Positions 19,200 to 28,006 of a DNA stretch of 64,000 bases are shown in pieces (position 1 is the stretch's first letter; each line of letters begins with the position of its first letter). The stretch covers positions 2,048,001 through 2,112,000 of the forward strand of contig OY970342.1 of NCBI GenBank assembly GCA_963717505.1. Direction: 5' to 3'. Source of the stretch: Candidatus Eiseniibacteriota bacterium. GTDB taxonomy: Bacteria; Eisenbacteria; RBG-16-71-46. The notes under the pieces are model-generated. The model was given only the letters and a program-made list of their open reading frames with translations, made no database searches and was not told where the DNA came from. The translations under genes and the position numbers were made by a program.

Positions 19200-20374
19200 T
19201 GGGCGGTGACAAGTCTCTGCCTGCGAACGCGGGCTTCAGCACACGCGCGATTCACGCCGGTCAGGAGCCGGACCCGTCGACCGGCGCCGTGGTCGTGCCG
19301 GTCTACCAGACCTCGACCTATGCCCAGGAAGCGCTGGGCCGCAATCGGGGCTTCGAGTATGCGCGCACGCACAATGCGACGCGCGCCGCACTCGAGGGCA
19401 ACCTGGCCGCCCTCGAGGGCGGCCGCCACGGTCTGTGCTTCGCGTCGGGCCTGGCGGCGACCACGACCCTGATGCAGACGCTGTCGTCGGGCGACCACGT
19501 GGTCGCCGGCAACAACCTCTACGGCGGCACCTATCGGCTGTTCGAGCGCGTGTTCCGCAAGTTTGGCCTGACGTTCACGTACGTGAACGCGGCGAACACG
19601 TTGGAGTTCGCCGCGGCGATCACGCCGGCGACCAAGATGGTGTTCGTCGAGACGCCGACCAATCCCATGATCCAAATCACCGATCTTGCGGCAGTTGCCG
19701 CGATCAGCCGGAAGGCTGGTGCGCGCCTGGTCGTCGACAACACGTTCCTCAGTCCGTATTTCCAGCGTCCGCTGTCGCTCGGCGCCGACGTGGTCATGCA
19801 CTCGGTGACCAAGTACCTGAACGGACACAGCGACATGATCGGCGGCGCGCTGGTGACCAGTGACGACGCGTTCGCCGAGCAGCTCCGCTTCCTGCAGAAC
19901 GCCTCGGGTGCGGTCCCGGGCCCGATGGATTGCTGGCTGGCGCTGCGCGGGACCAAGACTCTGGCGGTGCGTATGGAGCGCCACAACGCCAACGCCCTGA
20001 CGCTGGCGCGTTTTCTCTCGGGACACAAGACCGTGACCGCGGTCCACTATCCCGGTCTCGAGTCCCACCCCCAGTACGATCTGGCCCGCCGCCAGTCGAC
20101 CGGTTTCGGCGGGATGATCTCGTTCGTGCCCGGCGACGGCTCCCTCGAGGCGGGGCGCCGGGTGTTCGACCGCTTCCGGCTGTTCACCCGGGCCGAGAGC
20201 CTGGGTGGCGTCGAGAGCTTGGTGTGCCATCCCGCGTCGATGACCCATGCGTCCGTTCCCCGGGAGACCCGGCTGGCCATGGGGTTCGCCGACGGGCTGC
20301 TGCGCCTGTCGGTCGGGATCGAAGACGTGGCCGACCTCCAGGTCGATTTGGAGCAGGCCCTGGTCGGAGACTGA
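19196..20374 (+). CDS. Cystathionine gamma-lyase/synthase
   Basis: YARTHN, ETPTNP, VDNTF, HSVTKYLNGHSD, AESLGGVESL, RLSVGIED; coupled to cbs by ATGA overlap. Confidence 0.92.
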   Translation: MMGGDKSLPANAGFSTRAIHAGQEPDPSTGAVVVPVYQTSTYAQEALGRNRGFEYARTHNATRAALEGNLAALEGGRHGLCFASGLAATTTLMQTLSSGDHVVAGNNLYGGTYRLFERVFRKFGLTFTYVNAANTLEFAAAITPATKMVFVETPTNPMIQITDLAAVAAISRKAGARLVVDNTFLSPYFQRPLSLGADVVMHSVTKYLNGHSDMIGGALVTSDDAFAEQLRFLQNASGAVPGPMDCWLALRGTKTLAVRMERHNANALTLARFLSGHKTVTAVHYPGLESHPQYDLARRQSTGFGGMISFVPGDGSLEAGRRVFDRFRLFTRAESLGGVESLVCHPASMTHASVPRETRLAMGFADGLLRLSVGIEDVADLQVDLEQALVGD

Positions 20375-20434
20375 CCCGTTCCGCCCGCGGCCGGGGGGCC
20401 GAGCCCATCCCCCAGCGAGCCGCCGGGCTGCTGT

Positions 20435-20463
20435 TTGACAGAACCGGGCCCCACCCATAGCCT
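20435..20463 (+). promoter_or_regulatory. sigma70-like promoter
   Basis: TTGACA-17-TAGCCT. Confidence 0.65.
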
Positions 20464-20664
20464 TCGCCCGCTTTTTGCAGGGAGCGCTCGTGGACCCTCC
20501 ACGACTCGCTCGTGACCGCTGGGACGCAGTTCGCTCAGGGATGGGTGCCGGCATCGACACCCCTGTTGGTGCGTCGTTCTTCGTTTTCGAGTGCCTGCGC
20601 TCAGACGATTGCTGCCGCGGCTCCTGACGCCGCGGTCTTCCGCTGGGGAGGTGAGGTACCCAAG

Positions 20665-20859
20665 ATGCGTAGCTTTTTGGCTATGTTGATGGCAGCAATT
20701 CTGACTCTCTCGATGGCTCTGACCGTGGCAGGGTGTGGCGGCGGCCAGACCGAGGCTCCGGCAACGTCCGAGGAGCCGGCGATGTCGAGCGAGCCCACGC
20801 CGCCGGCCGGGGACATGACTGCCGATAGTGCCGCGGCCGACACGTCCATGCAGCACTGA
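20665..20859 (+). CDS. Small low-complexity lipoprotein (64 aa)
   Basis: GGAGGTGAGG SD; lipobox VAGC; acidic Pro/Ala/Thr-rich mature part. Confidence 0.75.
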   Translation: MRSFLAMLMAAILTLSMALTVAGCGGGQTEAPATSEEPAMSSEPTPPAGDMTADSAAADTSMQH

Positions 20860-20881
20860 TCGTTCCTGAACGGGGAACACG

Positions 20882-20910
20882 AGGGGGGCTCCCGAGGGAC
20901 GCCCCCCTTT
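20882..20910 (+). terminator. Rho-independent terminator
   Basis: AGGGGGGC..GCCCCCCT stem plus T-run. Confidence 0.65.
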
Positions 20911-20995
20911 GCGTTCCGCCCGAAAACCCGTGCTCCGCACCTGAAACCGCGGCCCCGGGGAGGCCGTATCCCCAACCACGGAAAGGAGGCGGTCC

Positions 20996-22327
20996 ATGAT
21001 TCAGACCCCCGTCGGCGCTCGCCCCATCGTGAGGCGGGCCCTGTTTGCGACGGCAATCGTTCTTCTCGCGGCCTGGGCGGCAACCATCCTGGGCAGTATG
21101 CCCTGGCAGTCAGGGCTCGCGCGCGGGCCGCTCGCCGCCGTGGTTCACGCGGTCGCGTGCAACGTCGCGACCGCTGTAGCTCAGGAATCCAGTCAGCCGC
21201 CGGAGCCCCCGGTGCCGCCTGAGCCACCCGAGCATCCCAAGATCACGATCGGCAAGTCCGGAAACATCACCCGCATCGGCTCGGACATCGAGATCGGTCC
21301 CGACCAGGTGGTCGAGGGCGACGTGGTCGCGGTCGGCGGTGACGTCACGGTCTATGGCCGAATCGAGGGCGACGTGGCTGCGATGGGCGGCGACGTGCAC
21401 TTGATGGCGAGCGCCGATATCGAAGGCGACGTGGTCTGCATGGGCGGTCGCCTGATCGAGGAAGACGGCGCCAAGGTCGGCGGCCAGCGTGTGAGTGGTC
21501 TGGGTCGCGGCCGCAGAGGTACCGTCATCCGCGAGGGGTGGAAGGAAGAACACCGCCGCGAGAACCGACTGGCCTCGTCGCTCGCCGGCCTGCTCTTGAT
21601 GGCCGGCGCTGCCTGGGGCTTCGCGAGTCTCGGCCCGGGCCGGACGCGCGAGGTGATGACCACACTCCGCCGTGAGACCGTGATGTCGTTCGGCATCGGC
21701 ACCCTGGTCGTCGCCCTGCTCATCCCGTCGATCGTGGCGCTCGCCCTGGTGGTGGCACTCCTATGCATCACCATCATCGGGATCCCGGTGGCACTCGCCG
21801 CGCTGCTTGGCTACTGCCTGTTCCTCGTGCTGATCTGGGTCTGGGGCTACGTCGCGGCCGCCGCCGTGCTCGGCGAAGGTATCCTGTCCCGGCGTGCAGC
21901 GAGTGCCGCTCCCGGGGCCACGTTCACGCCGCCGACCCTGGTGAACGCCGCGTTGCTCGGCGTCCTGGTGGTCAATGGCAGCTCGTTCCTCGGCGCCCTG
22001 CTCAGGGAAACCGGTGGATTCCTCTCCGGGTTCGGCACGTTGATTCGCGTGCTCGCGGTGATTGCGGCGTTCCTGCTCACGATCGCCGGATCGGGCGCCT
22101 GGCTGCGGACCGAGTTCCGCGCCGGGACGATCGCGCGCTGGTGGCGTGGAAACCAATGGGGACGTAGAAGCGATCCCGTGCCGCCACCCACACCGCCGCC
22201 GGCACCGTCGTCGCCACCGGTGGCGCCGCCGCCGATGCCGTCTCCGACCTCGGCTTTCATGCCTCCCGGGATATCGCCGGGATCGGGGCACGGGGGATCC
22301 GAGCCGCCGTCGATACCGACCGGCTGA
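20996..22327 (+). CDS. Membrane protein with bactofilin/polymer-forming beta-helix repeats and Pro-rich tail
   Basis: Repeated (V/I)EGDVVA(V/M)GG units, several TM helices, AGGAGG SD. Confidence 0.75.
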   Translation: MIQTPVGARPIVRRALFATAIVLLAAWAATILGSMPWQSGLARGPLAAVVHAVACNVATAVAQESSQPPEPPVPPEPPEHPKITIGKSGNITRIGSDIEIGPDQVVEGDVVAVGGDVTVYGRIEGDVAAMGGDVHLMASADIEGDVVCMGGRLIEEDGAKVGGQRVSGLGRGRRGTVIREGWKEEHRRENRLASSLAGLLLMAGAAWGFASLGPGRTREVMTTLRRETVMSFGIGTLVVALLIPSIVALALVVALLCITIIGIPVALAALLGYCLFLVLIWVWGYVAAAAVLGEGILSRRAASAAPGATFTPPTLVNAALLGVLVVNGSSFLGALLRETGGFLSGFGTLIRVLAVIAAFLLTIAGSGAWLRTEFRAGTIARWWRGNQWGRRSDPVPPPTPPPAPSSPPVAPPPMPSPTSAFMPPGISPGSGHGGSEPPSIPTG

Positions 22328-22416
22328 AGACCACTGCCGATCGGAGCCCGCCGCGGCTCCGATCGGTGGCCCGCCGAACCGGCCTGGGTTCGCCTTCGGG
22401 CAAGCGTCCGAGCTAC

Positions 22417-22567
22417 TGTCGCGAGCCCGCGGGGGCGTGGGGGCAGGTAGGGGCGGGTCTGCGTCGAGCCATGGCGCGCCACGTGGCTCCGCCACGCGGC
22501 TTCCATGGGCAACACCATCGACGCCAACCCGCCCTACCTGCCCCCACGCCCTCGCGGGCTCGCGACA
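22417..22567. repeat. Long imperfect inverted repeat (~50-bp arms)
   Basis: 22417-22467 is near reverse complement of 22518-22567; inner stems GCCATGG/CCATGGGC and CGTGGC/GCCACG. Confidence 0.9.
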
Positions 22568-22600
22568 TCGTTTTCCCGCCCGTCACGGCGGAGGTGATCC

Positions 22601-23128
22601 ATCGGGAAGTCGCTGGTCGTTCTCCTGATCCTGCTCTACGTCGACGCCTCGACGCTGGCGTTTGCGACCACCGCGCTGCTCCTGATCTACGGGCGCCACC
22701 ACGAACCCTGGGTGATCGCGGTGTTCGGCGGCGGGGCGAGCGCATTGGGCAGCGCGACGCAGCTGGCGTTGCTGCGCTGGATCCTGGCGGGTGACAAGCC
22801 GTGGATGCGTCGTTTCGCGCCGTCGCGCGAGCGGGTCGAGTCGGCACTCAAGCAATATCCCTCGGCATCGTTCCTTGCGCTCACCGTGGCGCGCGCCACG
22901 CCGCTACCCGACGCGCCACTCAAAATCGTCGCCGCAACCATCGGCTATCCGATTCCGCTCTACGGGTTGGCGACCTTCCTGGGATCGATGCCGTACTACT
23001 TCGTGCTCGCGCTGATCGGACGCAACTTCGACATCCCGGTGTGGGTCATCCTCGCAGCACTCGGACTGGTGGTCGTGGGGGTGGGCATCGACCTCCTGAG
23101 GCGGCGCCAGCGCCGGGCCGCGTCCTGA
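22601..23128 (+). CDS. DedA/VTT-like membrane protein (start uncertain: ATC after strong SD)
   Basis: Hydrophobic frame open from 22598; RATPLPD motif; GGAGGTGA SD directly before ATC. Confidence 0.65.
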   Translation: MGKSLVVLLILLYVDASTLAFATTALLLIYGRHHEPWVIAVFGGGASALGSATQLALLRWILAGDKPWMRRFAPSRERVESALKQYPSASFLALTVARATPLPDAPLKIVAATIGYPIPLYGLATFLGSMPYYFVLALIGRNFDIPVWVILAALGLVVVGVGIDLLRRRQRRAAS

Positions 23129-25146
23129 TGCGGCAGAAGCGGCGACCGCGAAGCGCCGTTCGAACCCGCACGATGCGGGGCCGAGCCGATTCCGATCGGA
23201 TCGGCGTCGACACCGGCGGCACCTTCACCGATTTCGCCACGTTCCAGCGCGGGCGGCTCGCGTCGGTGAAGGTCCCCTCGACGCCGCGCGCCCCGGAACG
23301 CGCGGTGCTCGCCGGGCTCGACCGCATGTCGGCGTCGGCCGCGACCGCCGTGCGTCACGGCTCGACGGTCGCGACCAATGCGCTGATCGAGCGCACCGGC
23401 GCGCGGGTCACCTTCGTCACCACCGCCGGGTTCGAGGACCTGATCGAGATCGGTCGTCAGGATCGGCCCGACATCCATGCCATTGCGCCCCGGCGGGCAG
23501 TACCGCTCGTGCCGCGCGAGCGACGCGTCGGCGTCCGGGAGCGAACCGGTCCAAGCGGAGAAACGGTCCTGCGTCTGACCCCGGCCGAACTTGCGCGGCT
23601 GGGGCGGGCCGTGGCGCGCACCCGGCCGCAAGCGATCGCAGTCGGTCTGTTGCACTCCTACGCGAATCCGGCGCACGAGCGGGCGATCCGGCGGGCACTC
23701 GCGCCGCTGGGGGTCCCGATCACGCTGTCGAGCGAACTCTGCCCGGAGATCCGCGAGTACGAACGCTTCGCGACCACGGTCGCCAACGCGTTTCTGCTGC
23801 CGCGCGTCTCTCGGTACCTCGGGCGGCTGGCGCAGCGCGCGGGGTCGAGCCTCGAAATCGTCGAATCCCACGGCGGCACGGCGCCGGTTGCGCACGCGGC
23901 GCGCCATCCGGTGCGCCAGCTCCTGTCGGGCCCGGCGGCCGGGGTTCGCGCCGGCTGGGCAGTGGCGCGGGCGTGCGGCTTTCGCGCGGCGCTGACTCTC
24001 GATGTCGGCGGCACATCGACCGATTGCGCGCACGTCGAAGGGACGCTGCCGCGCAGCCGATCGCGTGAAGTCGCCGGTCATCCGATCCAGGTCCCGATGC
24101 TCGACGTCCACACGATCGGCGCCGGGGGTGGCTCGATCGCGCGCGTCGATCGAGGTGGCCTGCTGCACGTCGGGCCGACGAGCGCCGGGGCCGACCCGGG
24201 GCCGGCATGCTACGGGCGCGGCGGGCCGCCAACCGTGACCGACGCCCTCGTGATCCTCGGTCGCATTCCCGGCGACCGCCTGGCCGGTGGCACCTTCCCG
24301 ATCGATCGCGCCGCCGCCCATGCCGCGATGCTCGAGCTGGCGCGCGCACTAGGGCACCGCGATCCCCTGCGCGCGGCCGCCGGCGTCGTGACGCTCGCCG
24401 AGGCGCACATGGCGGCGGCACTCCGGCGCGTATCGATCGAGCGCGGCCACGATCCGCGGCAGGCGGCCCTCGTGTGCTTTGGCGGCGCGGGCGGGCTTCA
24501 CGCGTGCGCGCTCGCCGGGCCCCTGGGCTCGGTCGCCGTGTTCCCGCGCCACGCCGGTGTGCTCTCAGCGCTCGGCGCGTGGCTTGGAGGCTCGCGTCGC
24601 GAACGAAGCCGCTCGGTCCTGCTCGACACCGGGGACCGGGGCGCGATCGGCCGCGGGCTCGCGGCCCTCGAGCGCGAGGTGCGCGAGTCGTTCCCGCGCG
24701 CGGAGCAGCGACTCATCCAGATCGAGCGACGGGCGGAGGTGCGCTACCGGGGGCAGTCGCACGAACTCTCGGTCGAGGTCGGCGTCGATCTCGTCGGCCG
24801 CTTCCACCGCGAGCACGCGCGGCGCTACGGATTCGCGGAACCCGAGGCCGCGGTCGAGGTCGTGACTCTCGATGTGCGCGGCGCCCTGGCGGATCGGCCT
24901 CTGCCGCGTGCATCGCGCCGCAGTGGTGGCGCGTCACGCGCGGCGAATCGGGCGCGCGTCCACGACGGCGAACGGTGGCGCACCGTGCCGGTGTGGCGCA
25001 TGGAAGCGCTCGGTCCCGGCTTCACGACCCGCGGTCCCGGTATCGTGATCGAGGACGGAGCGACGCTGTGGATCGCGACCGGCTGGCGCGCGCGCTGGCA
25101 TCGGTCGGGAGCCCTGGTGCTCGAGTCGTCGAGGCGGCGGGCATGA
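23128..25146 (+). CDS. Hydantoinase A / 5-oxoprolinase subunit
   Basis: GVDTGGTFTD, HGSTVATNA, LSGPAAG, DVGGTSTD, IGAGGGS, PGPACYG, FGGAGGLH. Confidence 0.92.
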   Translation: MRQKRRPRSAVRTRTMRGRADSDRIGVDTGGTFTDFATFQRGRLASVKVPSTPRAPERAVLAGLDRMSASAATAVRHGSTVATNALIERTGARVTFVTTAGFEDLIEIGRQDRPDIHAIAPRRAVPLVPRERRVGVRERTGPSGETVLRLTPAELARLGRAVARTRPQAIAVGLLHSYANPAHERAIRRALAPLGVPITLSSELCPEIREYERFATTVANAFLLPRVSRYLGRLAQRAGSSLEIVESHGGTAPVAHAARHPVRQLLSGPAAGVRAGWAVARACGFRAALTLDVGGTSTDCAHVEGTLPRSRSREVAGHPIQVPMLDVHTIGAGGGSIARVDRGGLLHVGPTSAGADPGPACYGRGGPPTVTDALVILGRIPGDRLAGGTFPIDRAAAHAAMLELARALGHRDPLRAAAGVVTLAEAHMAAALRRVSIERGHDPRQAALVCFGGAGGLHACALAGPLGSVAVFPRHAGVLSALGAWLGGSRRERSRSVLLDTGDRGAIGRGLAALEREVRESFPRAEQRLIQIERRAEVRYRGQSHELSVEVGVDLVGRFHREHARRYGFAEPEAAVEVVTLDVRGALADRPLPRASRRSGGASRAANRARVHDGERWRTVPVWRMEALGPGFTTRGPGIVIEDGATLWIATGWRARWHRSGALVLESSRRRA

Positions 25147-26767
25147 GACGGCGCATTGCGGGCGGGTTCGACGGGGCTCGCCTCGCCCTCTTCCAGGGCT
25201 TGTTCTCGGCGTGCGCCGAGGAGATGGGCGTGACCCTGATGCGCACTGCGCACTCGCCGAACATCAAGGAGCGCCTCGACCACTCGTGCGCGCTGTTCGA
25301 CGGCCGCGGGCGCCTGGTGGCGCAGGCGGCGCACATTCCGGTGCACCTCGGCAGCATGCCGCGCGCGGTCGAGGCGGTGCTCGAGCGTTGCGCGTTCGCT
25401 CCCGGCGACGTCGTGTTGCTCAACGATCCCTATGCCGGCGGCACCCACCTGCCCGACCTGACGCTGGTCTCGCCGGTGTTTGCTCGACACCTGCGCCGGC
25501 GCGGCGAACCACGCCCCGACTTCCTGGTCGCGAGCCGCGCCCACCACGCCGACATCGGCGGCGCGATCTCCGGGCTCGATGCCGACTTGCGCGCGAGATC
25601 TACGAGCGAAGGCCTGCGCATTCCGCCGGTCCACCTGGTGCGCGGCGGGCGCATCGTGCCCGACGTGCTCGCGCTGGTGCTCGCCAACGTGCGCACCGCG
25701 CGCGAGCGCCGCGCCGATCTGCTGGCGCAGCTCGGTGCTCAGTCGACCGGCGAACACCGGCTGGGCGAGCTGATCGGCCGGCACGGGCTCGCGACGCTCG
25801 AGGCCGCGGCCGAATCACTCATCGGCTACGCCGCTCGCTGCATGCGCGCGGCGTTGAGCGCTCTGCCGCGCGGGCGATGGCGGTTCGCGGATGCGCTCGA
25901 CGACGACGGACTCGGCGGCGGACCGGTCCGTCTGGCGGTCACGCTGGTGACCGGCGGCGGCCGGCTGCGCGTCGACTTCACCGGATCGAGTGCCGCGACC
26001 GCGGGGCCGCTCAACGCGTCGCTGGCGGTGACCCAGGCCGCGGTGACCTACGCGGTCCGCTGGTGCTCGGCGGCGACTTCCCGGTGAATGACGGCTCGCT
26101 CTCCGGAGTCGAGATCGTGGCGCCGCCGGGCAGCATCGTCCATGCGGTCGAGCCCGCGGCGGTGGTCGGCGGCAACGTCGAGACGTCGCAGCGCATCGTC
26201 GACGTCGTGCTCGGCGCATTCGCGCGCGCGCTGCCCGGGCGGATTCCGGCCGCGAGCAACGGCACGATGAGCAACCTGCTCGATCGGCGGACGCGATCCG
26301 CGCACCGGTGCCGCCGTTCTCGTACTACGAGACCTTGGCGGGCGGCCACGGCGGCGGCCCGGGATGGTCCGGGGCTTCCGCGATGCAGGCGCACATGACC
26401 AACACGCGCAACACGCCGGTCGAATCGCTCGAACACGCCTATCCGTTGCGCGTGGTATCGACGCGCATCCGTCGCGGGAGCGGCGGCCGCGGGCGCTTCC
26501 GCGGCGGCGACGGCATCGAGCGCACGCTCGAGCTGTTGGCGCCCGCCGCGCGTCACCGTGCTGTCGGACCGGCGGCGGACGCGTCCCTACGGTCTCGCCG
26601 GCGGCGGGCCCGGGGTTTCCGGCGTGAATCGGGTACGCGCTCGCGCCGGTGCTCCCGCGCGCCGCATGCCGGGGAAGTTCGTCGTTGACCTGGCCGCGGG
26701 GGCTCTGCTAACCGTGGCCAGCCCCGGTGGTGGCGGACACGGTCGTCGCGCCCGCCGCCGCCGCTGA
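25143..26767 (+). pseudogene. Hydantoinase B / 5-oxoprolinase subunit, frameshifted (probably assembly errors)
   Basis: SPNIKERLDHSCA, HIPVHLGSM, NDPYAGGTHLPD, GGNVETSQR, YYETLAGG, HMTNTRNTP and SPGGGGHG lie in different frames. Confidence 0.8.
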
Positions 26768-26790
26768 CCGTGCCGCGCCCAGGAGGCTCC

Positions 26791-27990
26791 ATGCGCCGTC
26801 CGCTTCGCGCCAGTCTGTTGCTGTTGCTCGCCGCGCCGCTCGCCGCCCTGCTCACCGCGAAACGCGCCGAAACGGTTCCGCTCTACGCCGCCCGCACCGG
26901 CAATCTGTGCGTGCAATGCCACTTCGATCCGAACGGCGGCGGCCCGCGCAACGAGTTCGGCTTCATGTATGCGCGCAACCGCCACAGCCTGGAACCGGAG
27001 GGCGAGGGCAGCCCGTGGAAGGACCTGGCGGTGGTCAACAAGGTCGGCGAATCGATGCCTCTGTTCTTCGGCCTCAATCAGCGCTTCATGCTGCTGGGCA
27101 ATACCTCGATCGAGAGCGACTCGCTCGACCGCCTCGGATTCTTCAACATGGAGAGCGCCCTCCACGTGACGTTCCAGCCGCATCATGCGTTGACCCTGGT
27201 CTATTCGCGCGGAGCGAATCCGTTCGGCGGTTCCGGTTCCGTGGAGCAGAAGGAGGCGTTCGGAAAGCTCGCCATGCCGGGCGGCGGCTACCTGAAAGCC
27301 GGACGCTTTCGAAATCCCTTCGGCCTGCGCATGGACGACCACACGGTCGCGACCCGCAACGGATTCCTCGACTTTTCGACCACCGATCGCTACCTGCCCT
27401 CGGACCCCCGTGCGACCGACATCGGCATCGAGTACGGCCAGAACTATGGCGCGTTCTTCGGCCAGGCCGCGTGGACGAACGGCTCGTCGGACGTGTTCTT
27501 CGGCAACACGTTCGCCGAGACGAAAACCGTGAAGATCGGCATGAACGGCCCGATGTACCAGGGCGCCGTGTCCTTCTACGACGACTTCCAGAAGAACGTG
27601 ACCTTCGGACCGCGCCGCGCCACACGCTGGGCCTATTACGGCATGACGCACTACGGGCCCTTCGCGCTGCTCGGTGAGATCGGCGCGGGCACGGACGACT
27701 TCGATGTCAGCAAGCGCAACCTGCTGGCCTGGTTCGCCGAGCTGGACTACGCGCCGACGCGGACGCTCAACTTCAGGCTGCGGACCGACTACCTGAACCC
27801 CGACCGTTCGAGCGATGAGACGGTGCGCGAAGCCAACACGCACTACCGCTATGCGCTCGAGGGCGAGGTGGTCCCGATGCCGTTCGCCGAGCTGCGCTGG
27901 GTGATCCGCAGGATCGATCACGCCGACGAGCAGGCGTTCGGCTACGAAGACGAGATGCAGTACTACGTCCAGGCGCACTTTTCGTACTAG
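26791..27990 (+). CDS. Cyc2-like monoheme cytochrome c - porin fusion
   Basis: AGGAGG SD; signal peptide then VPLYAARTGNLCVQCH..RNEFG; aromatic-rich barrel ending QAHFSY. Confidence 0.7.
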   Translation: MRRPLRASLLLLLAAPLAALLTAKRAETVPLYAARTGNLCVQCHFDPNGGGPRNEFGFMYARNRHSLEPEGEGSPWKDLAVVNKVGESMPLFFGLNQRFMLLGNTSIESDSLDRLGFFNMESALHVTFQPHHALTLVYSRGANPFGGSGSVEQKEAFGKLAMPGGGYLKAGRFRNPFGLRMDDHTVATRNGFLDFSTTDRYLPSDPRATDIGIEYGQNYGAFFGQAAWTNGSSDVFFGNTFAETKTVKIGMNGPMYQGAVSFYDDFQKNVTFGPRRATRWAYYGMTHYGPFALLGEIGAGTDDFDVSKRNLLAWFAELDYAPTRTLNFRLRTDYLNPDRSSDETVREANTHYRYALEGEVVPMPFAELRWVIRRIDHADEQAFGYEDEMQYYVQAHFSY

Positions 27991-28006
27991 GCGAGCCGCC
28001 GGAACT

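Noticed and set aside
22505-22597. ATG 22505 with in-frame TGA 22595 as a second Sec/readthrough gene
   Set aside because: The upstream peptide is just the hairpin arm, there is no Cys or redox context, and the TGA is part of the SD sequence GGAGGTGA.
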